A DNA stretch of 32,000 bases, taken from positions 14,574 to 46,573 of the forward strand of contig JBEPYO010000001.1 of the NCBI GenBank assembly GCA_041641295.1. The letters run 5' to 3'. Positions 17,553 to 24,723 of the stretch are shown one piece after another. The notes beneath the pieces are model-generated. The model made no database searches and was not told the origin of the DNA. It worked only from the letters and a program-made list of their open reading frames with translations. How positions within the stretch are numbered: position 1 is the stretch's first letter; every line of letters starts with the position of its first letter. The stretch comes from Nitrososphaerota archaeon. GTDB taxonomy: Archaea; Thermoproteota; Nitrososphaeria_A; Caldarchaeales; Calditenuaceae. Both the position numbers and the translations under genes were made by a program.

Positions 17553-17562
17553 GTATTTAAAA
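17553..17562 (-). promoter_or_regulatory. TATA-like box for merA
   Basis: The minus strand reads TTTTAAATAC, centred ~27 nt upstream of ATG 17531. This supports the shorter start. Confidence 0.4.
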
Positions 17563-17778
17563 CCTCTGGTAAAGATGCTTAACCTTTTTGAAATACTTGT
17601 AAAAATTTGCATTGGAAGAGTAACTTTGAGTTAACAACTCTTACAAGGTAGGGTTTTCCGCTAATGCTTTAACTCTTATCCTTCGGTTGGCTGTCTCTAC
17701 AATCTACTTCTCAGGATATTTCCATATTATAACGGAAGCGTTATATCCCACATATAATGACATTATGGTCGTAAGGTG

Positions 17779-18312
17779 ATGAATGGCTTGACTGAGCTTA
17801 ACGGCCTAAATCTGGAAAAGCTTGAGGAGCTTGTGAGAATAGTTGCTTCTCAGAAGGAGAAGGCTGAGGAACTCAATGTATGGAGGGCTAGAGTTAAGTG
17901 GACTGGAGGATTCCAAAGCAAGGCATACGTGAGGAACCACACCTTCATCATAGATGAGCCTGCTGATCTAGCGGGTGTAGACATGGCCCCCAACGCTGTT
18001 GAATATGTGCTGTCGGCACTGGGTGCATGCCTGACTGTAGGGTTTGTCCTAAATGCCACAAAGAGAAACGTCAAGATAGATGACCTAGAAATTAGCCTGG
18101 AGGGAAGGATAGACAATATACTTAATTTTCTGGGCTTGAGCGAGCAGGGTCATCCTGGATACCGTGAGATAAAGGCGAAACTATACGTTAGATCATCGGC
18201 CGATGCTAAAACCCTTGAAGAGATTTGGAAGAAGACGGTTGAGACATCTCCTGTGGGGAACACCCTCTCAAGAAACGTGAAGATAATTCCAGAACTATCT
18301 GTGGTGAGCTGA
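17779..18312 (+). CDS. OsmC/Ohr-family protein
   Basis: FIIDEPADLAGVDMAPNAVEYVLSALGACLTVGF and the C-terminal SPVGNTL region fit the OsmC-like fold pattern. Start at ATG 17779 or GTG 17776. Confidence 0.7.
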   Translation: MNGLTELNGLNLEKLEELVRIVASQKEKAEELNVWRARVKWTGGFQSKAYVRNHTFIIDEPADLAGVDMAPNAVEYVLSALGACLTVGFVLNATKRNVKIDDLEISLEGRIDNILNFLGLSEQGHPGYREIKAKLYVRSSADAKTLEEIWKKTVETSPVGNTLSRNVKIIPELSVVS

Positions 18313-18317
18313 TAAAA

Positions 18318-19478
18318 ATGGGCCGGCTGTTTACTACAAGTGTTGTTGGAAGCTGGCCTAGGCCCCCGTGGCTGCTTGCAGAGCTGAGGAGAAAGAACAA
18401 GGGCGAGATAAGCTATGATGAGTTCAGTGCCATAGCCGACGAGGCTGTTTTGTTAGCCGTAAAATACCAAGAGGATGCGGGCATAGAGGTTTTGACTGAT
18501 GGGGAGCAACGTAGAGATAACTTCTACTCCTTTGTAGCGGACAAGCTAGAGGGAATAAAGCTCATGACGGTGGCCGAGGTGATGGACTTTGTAGAAGACA
18601 GCTCAAGATATGAGCAGCTTTTAAGAGCCCTAGATGTCCCAGCCTTCGCCATCAAAAGCCCAGTAGTTGTTGGACCTGTCAAGAAGAAGAGACCAATTGC
18701 TCTAGACGAGTTGGAGTTCCTCCGTAGACACACAAAACATGAGGTGAAGGTAACGCTCCCGGGGCCCTACATGCTCACCAGGGCGAGCTGGATAGACCCT
18801 GTCTCACGTGCAGCCTACTGGAATAGGGAGGAGCTTGCGAGGGAGTATGTTAGGCTGTTAAGGGAGGAGATAATCCAGCTAAGGGATGCCGGTGCGTCAT
18901 TCATCCAGCTCGATGAGCCCACATTGACAGAAGTTGTGTACGGCGAGGCGTCCAAGCAGACATTCATGTGCGCTGCCATCTTCTCAAAGATCGACCCGAA
19001 GGAGGAGCTGAACTTTGCAACCGAGCTGATAAACAAAACAGTTAAAGGAATTGACGGCGTCAGACTAGGGATCCACGTCTGCAGAGGAAACTGGAGCACA
19101 AGGGAGGAGGCATTGCTGAAAGGCGACTATAGGCCGCTAATCCCATACTTCCAAGAGATGAAGGTGAGGCAATTTGTTCTCGAATTCGCAACACAAAGGG
19201 CTGGAGAACTCTCAGTCTTTAAAGACGTTTCAGGCATAGAAGAACTTGGGTTGGGAGTAATTAATCCGAGAGTACGTGAAGTTGAAAGCCCAGACTCGAT
19301 AGTCAAGAAAGCCGAGGAGGCTGTCAAATACTTCGACCCGGATAAAATCTTTCTAAACCCAGACTGTGGCTTCGGAACATTTGCAGAATCCCCTGTAAAC
19401 ACACCAAAAACGGCATTTCAGAAGCTGAAAAACATGGTTGAGGCTGCCTCGATACTCCGAAAAAGATACGGCGGATAA
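18318..19478 (+). CDS. metE: Cobalamin-independent methionine synthase, short archaeal form (MetE C-terminal-domain type)
   Basis: TTSVVGSWPRPPWL, TDGEQRRDNF, IQLDEPTL, IHVCRGN (His/Cys Zn ligands), NPDCGF (Cys ligand). Confidence 0.8.
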   Translation: MGRLFTTSVVGSWPRPPWLLAELRRKNKGEISYDEFSAIADEAVLLAVKYQEDAGIEVLTDGEQRRDNFYSFVADKLEGIKLMTVAEVMDFVEDSSRYEQLLRALDVPAFAIKSPVVVGPVKKKRPIALDELEFLRRHTKHEVKVTLPGPYMLTRASWIDPVSRAAYWNREELAREYVRLLREEIIQLRDAGASFIQLDEPTLTEVVYGEASKQTFMCAAIFSKIDPKEELNFATELINKTVKGIDGVRLGIHVCRGNWSTREEALLKGDYRPLIPYFQEMKVRQFVLEFATQRAGELSVFKDVSGIEELGLGVINPRVREVESPDSIVKKAEEAVKYFDPDKIFLNPDCGFGTFAESPVNTPKTAFQKLKNMVEAASILRKRYGG

Positions 19479-19537
19479 TCCTATTTAACTACATAGCATT
19501 TTTTCTCGTCTCATGTATAGATCCTTCATCATTGTGG

Positions 19538-20023
19538 TCAGGTTTTAGAAGTAGGTTGTTGCGGCGCTGTCAATTTAAAGGTGAAAACGCCCTTATCTGT
19601 GATGAGTGCTATGTTGTAGACTGTTCCGGGCTCCCAAGCAATCCCGATGTACAGATTTGTTATTCCGCGGGGAGGAATCACGCATTGCGAGCCAACTATG
19701 TATGAACATCTCCATCCCCCATAGGGGGCAAATACAGCCTCGCTCCCCCTAAATAACTGGGAGCTCGATAAAGGTTCAAACCTCAGCTCGACACCGTTCA
19801 CCTTGATGCTTTTAATCAAGACAGGCTCTACATGCTCGTTCGCCACTGCCAGAGATAGCTGCGAAAGACCTCTCGCAAAGTTGTATCCTTTGATATTTAG
19901 CGTCGTGGAAACAGTTGGACTGTATGGCTTCATAAAGTCCAGTATACCTATTGATACGACTACCAAGCCTAGAGCCGCGACCAGCATAAGGGCTAGTGAT
20001 GTCCGTCTTTGCGCGTCACCCAC
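19538..20023 (-). CDS. Membrane-anchored hypothetical protein (N-terminal TM + probable beta-rich ectodomain), last gene of the Fe-S/NrfD/cupredoxin cluster
   Basis: GTG start. MGDAQRRTSLALMLVAALGLVVVSIGIL anchor. Its start overlaps the upstream stop by 8 nt (GTGGGTGA). Confidence 0.4.
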   Translation of the reverse strand: MGDAQRRTSLALMLVAALGLVVVSIGILDFMKPYSPTVSTTLNIKGYNFARGLSQLSLAVANEHVEPVLIKSIKVNGVELRFEPLSSSQLFRGSEAVFAPYGGWRCSYIVGSQCVIPPRGITNLYIGIAWEPGTVYNIALITDKGVFTFKLTAPQQPTSKT

Positions 20024-20963
20024 GCGGCATCCCCTCCCGCCTCAGCCTGAGAATAGATCGGACAGTCCACAGCACTATCATCCAAGCCGTTACGACGACA
20101 GATGTGGCCAAGACGACCAAGACAGTATTTGCTCCCGCCTGAACGCCGACCAGCCTAGGGTCAGGCCACAGGTTCTCACCTCGAACGGATGTTTCAGAGA
20201 GATCGATTGGAAGCCGCGGTGGTGATGCAATAGTAGAGGTAATGGTGAGAGTTGCGTTCGCTGGCTTGAACCTTCCGCTTCCTCCAAAGACGGCTAAGAT
20301 TTGTCTTGGACCAATTTTTGGTGGCTTGTATTCCAAGGCGGCTATTCCATCTATGTTGGTAGGTATAGCCCCTATGCTCACATATCCTAGAGGGGTATAG
20401 TCTAGGAACTCGACTAGGATTCCTTGTACGGGTTGACCGTCCTCCGTCATAGCCTTGGCGGTGAGGAGATATATGCCGGGCTGACTCTCGTCGGCTAAAA
20501 TGGTCAGGCGTAAGGACTCGATGGATGTCTCGGTCTCCCTGACAACTAATACCCCGTTTTGAAGGTTCTCATGACCCCTACAGCGTAATATGCATCTAAT
20601 GCTGAATGCTCCGGGCTGGTTAATTGTCAGCTCTACAACCTTTTTCTCCTCCTCTCCGCTGAGTTCAACCTTTACACCAAATTTTTCAATCTCGATTATG
20701 TGGGGATTACCCATTTTCATGCCATGATCTCCGTACAAAAAGGTTATCCTAACCGTGTCTCCTTGGTTCACCTCTATCCTGAGTTCTGCTGAGCCGTTGA
20801 ACCCCATACTTGAGACGATTATTGTAAACTCCTTCACCGAGGGTTGAGTGTTCGAGCTTGACACCTCTATTTGGGCCACTGCCGTATGTGGTAGGTGTAG
20901 GGCTACGAGATACAGGCTACTCAACAGCATGATAATTGTGAGAAGAGTTGTAGACCTCCTCAT
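20016..20963 (-). CDS. Cupredoxin-like + Ig-like-domain protein with an N-terminal signal/anchor and a C-terminal TM; start moved to ATG 20963
   Basis: MRRSTTLLTIIMLLSSLYLVAL. Cupredoxin-type pattern: RIEVNQGDTVRITF...NPHIIEIEKFGV...PGAFSIRCILRCRGHENLQNGVLVV. Then a beta-rich segment and the TM VLVVLATSVVVTAWMIVLW. ATGA overlap with the NrfD-like stop at 20960-20963. Confidence 0.5.
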   Translation of the reverse strand: MRRSTTLLTIIMLLSSLYLVALHLPHTAVAQIEVSSSNTQPSVKEFTIIVSSMGFNGSAELRIEVNQGDTVRITFLYGDHGMKMGNPHIIEIEKFGVKVELSGEEEKKVVELTINQPGAFSIRCILRCRGHENLQNGVLVVRETETSIESLRLTILADESQPGIYLLTAKAMTEDGQPVQGILVEFLDYTPLGYVSIGAIPTNIDGIAALEYKPPKIGPRQILAVFGGSGRFKPANATLTITSTIASPPRLPIDLSETSVRGENLWPDPRLVGVQAGANTVLVVLATSVVVTAWMIVLWTVRSILRLRREGMPRG

Positions 20964-22903
20964 TTCAAGATCGCCTCCTCGATCTGCATGGCAAATCTCT
21001 TTAGTGCCTCCGCTCCGTAGTATCCAAGGATACTGACTTTGTAGTGGTTCTGCCACACCTCTAGCTTGGGCGGCGACGTTTTCTCATTTAGTAGGGCGAC
21101 GCTGCCCCTCGGAAGTTCGAATTTAGTCACGTTCGGCAAAATCGTCTCAGGAGGGCCTAACTTGTCGCCTATCCTCTGGATAAGGACTAGAACGGATACC
21201 GGCTCATCGTAGAGGGTTAGACTGCGTGTTGAGGGGTCATGGAATGCTAGAGATATTAGGGCTGCCTGCCGGTTGTATCTTATGCTAGTGAGTCTGGCTG
21301 AGCCCAGCTTTTGAAGGGCCTCCCTCCTGACTCTGAGTCCTAAGTCATTAAAAGCACTCATATCGGATGCGATCCCCAGGACACCCAGGCTTCTTCTTAA
21401 CGGCGTAGCGGCGCCTCTGCCGCTTGACAAAGCCTTTATGAGGCTCTTAAGCTGCGCGCCCCCAACAAGGCCTGCTACCAGCCCCACCGCTGCTACAGCG
21501 ACTGTCTTCATAGCACTCCTTCTAACTTCGATAGGCCTCTCAACCTGGGCTTCTGGATGTGGGACGATTAGTTTTAGAACTGGATAGGCAGAAGGCTCGG
21601 CAGCCAAGGCAGCCGGAGCCTGCTCATGGCCCACCGTCTCCCATATAGATACGATGGGGAAGAGCTTGGTGAAAACCAAGTAGATGAGCATGAAGAGTGA
21701 AAATGCGCCCGCGGTTATCGATAGCTCGACCCATGTGGGAACATATGTCCCCCAAGGATATGGGAGCTGAGGCACTGCTAGGCTGGGGACAACGATGTTC
21801 CACCTCTCTAACCACATGCCAATGTTGACTAGGATCGATGCAGCGAGGTAGCCCTTAATGTTGCGTGTGCCAGGGTAGGCGAGAAGGAAGGCCGGGACTA
21901 TGAGGCCGCCAACTATCTGTACCCAGAAGTATGGAGCATAGGAGCCCCAAAAGAGTGATGAGAGCCACACACCCTCAAGCTCTTTAGTGCCTAGATACTT
22001 GTAGCCGACCACCAAGTGTTCATTGATTGTCAGGTAGACGAGTATCAGAACTAGTGCGAGCATCAGTTTTGCCATTGTGTGTAGATGTTTTTCCGTGATA
22101 AACGCGTCTAGACCTAGAAGCTTTCTGACGAGGGCCATGATGATAATCACTGTTGCTACTCCTGAGAGGACGGCCCCAGCCACGAAGTATGGTCCGAAAA
22201 TTGTGCTGTTCCAGCCGACCCTCAACGTCATGGCAAAGTCCCAAGAGACAACTGTATGCACGGTTATCACCATGAATACTATTAGTATGGTGAGTATGCG
22301 CATGGCCTGCTCAAGTATTCTCCACTGTTCAGGCGTCCCCATCCAATTCAGAGACAGCAGGCTGTATAACCTTCTCCTCCATGATGATGCATCTTTCACA
22401 GAGTCTCTGAGTACTGCTATATCGGGAATCATCGGAACATACAGGTACAGAGTGGACGTTACGAAGTATGTTCCAATCGCTATGAAGTCCCATATTAGAG
22501 GCGACTGAATTCTTCCAAACATCAGTAAGTTCAATATCCGGTCCGGCCTGCCTAAGTCTATTAAAGGCATAAGCATGGCGACAAACAGTGAGGCAAAGGT
22601 TACGGCCTCCGCCATTCTTGTTATCGGGCGCCGCCAATCAGAGCCTGTCAGCCTGAGGATTGCAGAGATGAGGGCCCCTACGTGGCTTATTCCGATGAAG
22701 AAGACGAAGTTTATGATATAGAACCCCCAAACGACCGTTCTCAAGCCCGTAACTCCTAGACCTGTGGCAAGCTGTACGGACCAGGCGTAAACCCCCCAAG
22801 CCACCACAGCTAAGAGGGTGGCGAAGGCTACGTAGAAGAGGGTTCCATGACGCTGTACTGGCCTGATGAGAGCGTCAATCTTCAGATAGGTTGATGCGGT
22901 CAT
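20960..22903 (-). CDS. NrfD/PsrC/ActC-like polytopic quinone-interacting membrane subunit fused to a ~220-aa C-terminal extension
   Basis: Residues 1-~425: WGFYIINFVFFIGISHVGALISAILRL...RMAEAVTFASL...LIDLGRPDR... and about 10 hydrophobic helices, typical of the NrfD family. Residues ~426-647: linker, one extra TM (TVAVAAVGLVAGLVGGA) and an unassigned soluble domain. Confidence 0.8.
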   Translation of the reverse strand: MTASTYLKIDALIRPVQRHGTLFYVAFATLLAVVAWGVYAWSVQLATGLGVTGLRTVVWGFYIINFVFFIGISHVGALISAILRLTGSDWRRPITRMAEAVTFASLFVAMLMPLIDLGRPDRILNLLMFGRIQSPLIWDFIAIGTYFVTSTLYLYVPMIPDIAVLRDSVKDASSWRRRLYSLLSLNWMGTPEQWRILEQAMRILTILIVFMVITVHTVVSWDFAMTLRVGWNSTIFGPYFVAGAVLSGVATVIIIMALVRKLLGLDAFITEKHLHTMAKLMLALVLILVYLTINEHLVVGYKYLGTKELEGVWLSSLFWGSYAPYFWVQIVGGLIVPAFLLAYPGTRNIKGYLAASILVNIGMWLERWNIVVPSLAVPQLPYPWGTYVPTWVELSITAGAFSLFMLIYLVFTKLFPIVSIWETVGHEQAPAALAAEPSAYPVLKLIVPHPEAQVERPIEVRRSAMKTVAVAAVGLVAGLVGGAQLKSLIKALSSGRGAATPLRRSLGVLGIASDMSAFNDLGLRVRREALQKLGSARLTSIRYNRQAALISLAFHDPSTRSLTLYDEPVSVLVLIQRIGDKLGPPETILPNVTKFELPRGSVALLNEKTSPPKLEVWQNHYKVSILGYYGAEALKRFAMQIEEAILK

Positions 22904-23685
22904 ACAGAACCGGCACCCCTAGGCGGTAGATAGATCACGCGCGGCTCTGTGCCTAACTCTTCTTTCAACCTGAAGGGCGCCCTACCTTTAACGATCTCTG
23001 ACAGCCTGACAGTCTCATCGCCATTTGACACGACGTCTTCAGAGGCGTCTCCGAAGAATAAGGCCCTGTGTCCCGCCCTCGTACATGCCTCTACACAGGC
23101 GGGCAGTCTCCCCTCTAAAATCCTGTGCCTACACCATATACACTTTTCAACAACCCCACGCCTGTGGGGAATATTGTAGTCTGGGGAGTAGGGGGTGTTT
23201 GCTTCGTCTTCACTTTGTGGGGGGTCGAACCAGTTAAAGAAGCGGCGCTGGTAGGGGCATGCAGTTATGCATATACGGCATCCGATGCATCTCTCCTGAT
23301 CTATTAGGACTATATGGTCTTCTGAATAGAATGTTGCGCCTACCGGACATACTTTGGCACACGGGGCATTCTGGCAGTTCTGACAGAGCACTGGCAAAAA
23401 ATACCCATCCCTCTCAAACACCTCTATCCAAGGCTGTCGCCCGTTGTAGTTATGCTCTCCCCAAGCAGGAGGAACCCTCATCTCTTCCTGGCAGGCCTCA
23501 ACACATTTCATGCAGCCGTTACATCGATCCGTGTCTATGACGAATACCCACTTTCTCTCCTCTGCCCTTACCCTCGAAACCTCCAGCTCTGTTGGCTGAC
23601 TAGCCTCGGGAGTCGAGGCCGACGCTACAGTACCGGCAAGCGCCGATACTACTCCAGCTAAGAGTTCACGTCTCGAGATCTTCAC
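22900..23685 (-). CDS. NrfC/PsrB/DmsB-type four-cluster [4Fe-4S] ferredoxin subunit with a Tat signal; start probably GTG 23685
   Basis: MKISRRELLAGVVSALAG (twin-arginine). Cys groups CNGCMKCVEAC, CQNCQNAPCAKVCP, CIGCRICITACP and CIWCRHR...LPACVEAC. GGAGG lies 8 nt upstream of GTG 23685. ATGA overlap with the NrfD-like start at 22900-22903. Confidence 0.85.
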   Translation of the reverse strand: MKISRRELLAGVVSALAGTVASASTPEASQPTELEVSRVRAEERKWVFVIDTDRCNGCMKCVEACQEEMRVPPAWGEHNYNGRQPWIEVFERDGYFLPVLCQNCQNAPCAKVCPVGATFYSEDHIVLIDQERCIGCRICITACPYQRRFFNWFDPPQSEDEANTPYSPDYNIPHRRGVVEKCIWCRHRILEGRLPACVEACTRAGHRALFFGDASEDVVSNGDETVRLSEIVKGRAPFRLKEELGTEPRVIYLPPRGAGSV

Positions 23686-23801
23686 AGGCTCACCCTCCAA
23701 AACATGGATAGGCCTAGATATTCACCAGCGTGCGTGGCCGTAGGTTCTATGCGTCTTTGCCCCAACGGAAACGCTCCCATCAAAACTGCTGAGGAAATCA
23801 T
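23682..23801 (-). CDS. Speculative 39-aa small ORF coupled to the Fe-S subunit gene
   Basis: MISSAVLMGAFPLGQRRIEPTATHAGEYLGLSMFWRVSL. The ATG lies ~36 nt downstream of an A/T box (23831-23843, minus strand). Its TGA overlaps the GTG of the next gene (GTGA). Confidence 0.15.
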   Translation of the reverse strand: MISSAVLMGAFPLGQRRIEPTATHAGEYLGLSMFWRVSL

Positions 23802-23852
23802 AGTGAGAAGAATAGGAGTGATAATCAAACAATAATAAAAATTAGTGTGATG

Positions 23853-23859
23853 AAAAAAA
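23853..23859 (-). terminator. Oligo-T tract (T7 on the minus strand) downstream of the first cupredoxin gene
   Basis: A7 on the plus strand, 33 nt past the stop at 23892. Archaeal terminators are commonly oligo-T runs. It is followed by an A/T-rich box that could serve as an internal promoter. Confidence 0.3.
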
Positions 23860-23891
23860 GGTGTGGGAGACCTTGTCGAGTACACATCAAC

Positions 23892-24467
23892 CTACCCCTC
23901 TAATACGACCAAGTATCCAACCATGTATGCGTGATCTGCATCACAATCGTCTTTTTCATGATCAAATGGTATACCACATCTAAACTGGAACACTCCAGCT
24001 TTGTCGGCAACAAAGGACACCATCACGGTACGCTTAGCTTCGTCGGGCTGCTCCTCCTTCCCAGGTATCCTGCCTGTATCGACGCCAAAGTCTGCCAGAA
24101 CAAAGGAGTGCGCGTGGCTCCGCGGGTTCTTCACCGTCAGCTCCACCTTGTCACCCTTCCGCACAACTAGAACAGGCGGCTCCCATCTATGGAACTCGCC
24201 CGTAAGCTCCTCTTCCTCATTCACCTCTTGTACTATCTTACCCTCACCCAGTACGATTGTAAACTTTTGAGTCTTCGGGCCTACCTTTGCCGTTAATTCG
24301 TCAAGAGTTACAGCCTGCTCGTTCAGCTGTCCAGACAGCCTATTGAGCTGGCCTGATATTGCATCGAGCTGAGCCGTTGTAGACGACGTTTGTCCGACGA
24401 CTAGTGCTACCGCTGCGACGGCGATGACCAAGCTGACAAGACTGAGAACCAAGTACGCTCTGCTCAT
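23892..24467 (-). CDS. Membrane-anchored cupredoxin-like protein with a coiled-coil linker and a CuA-like C...CxxxHxxM motif; start probably ATG 24467
   Basis: MSRAYLVLSLVSLVIAVAAVALVVG anchor. AQLDAISGQLNRLSGQLNEQAVTLDEL heptad-like linker. VVRKGDKVELTVKNPRSHAHSFVLADFGV and GVFQFRCGIPFDHEKDDCDADHAYMVGYLVV. The track start (GTG 24530) would add 21 residues. Confidence 0.6.
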   Translation of the reverse strand: MSRAYLVLSLVSLVIAVAAVALVVGQTSSTTAQLDAISGQLNRLSGQLNEQAVTLDELTAKVGPKTQKFTIVLGEGKIVQEVNEEEELTGEFHRWEPPVLVVRKGDKVELTVKNPRSHAHSFVLADFGVDTGRIPGKEEQPDEAKRTVMVSFVADKAGVFQFRCGIPFDHEKDDCDADHAYMVGYLVVLEG

Positions 24468-24518
24468 GACCACATTCCCTCGCACATCTTGAACCGCTAA
24501 CACGGAAAAATGCGTTTC

Positions 24519-24613
24519 TAGGGAATACACTATGCAGGACCAAACGCAAACCCTATTCCCTACCAGAAATGCAACGGAAATTTTCTATTGTCGTAGGGAA
24601 AGAAAAATTTCCG
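24519..24613. promoter_or_regulatory. Cluster of inverted repeats in the divergent intergenic region (candidate operator sites)
   Basis: TAGGGAATA (24519-24527) with its perfect complement TATTCCCTA (24554-24562), and a third TAGGGAA at 24594-24600. CGGAAATTTTC (24575-24585) faces GAAAAATTTCCG (24602-24613). A related ACGGAAAAATGCG is at 24502-24514. Confidence 0.3.
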
Positions 24614-24694
24614 CTGGTTTTTCTCTCAAACCATCCTCTATCCTCGGAAAAACTTAAGTAAAAGGTAAAGATATTTCACCGGCGCCGGACATCG

Positions 24695-24704
24695 AATATA
24701 TAAG
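24695..24704 (+). promoter_or_regulatory. TATA-like box upstream of the HTH-RDD gene
   Basis: AATATATAAG is centred ~24 nt upstream of GTG 24724. Confidence 0.4.
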
Positions 24705-24723
24705 AGCCTGCATAACATTTACA

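Noticed and set aside
17532-17612. 27-residue N-terminal extension of the merA track ORF
   Set aside because: The FAD-binding fold starts at MSSYDLVILGAG, and a TATA-like box lies inside the putative extension, ~27 nt upstream of ATG 17531.
23682-23885. Full-length 67-aa track ORF between the cupredoxin and Fe-S genes
   Set aside because: Its 5' half runs through a T7 terminator-like tract and an A/T box. Only the distal 39 codons are kept, as a low-confidence candidate.
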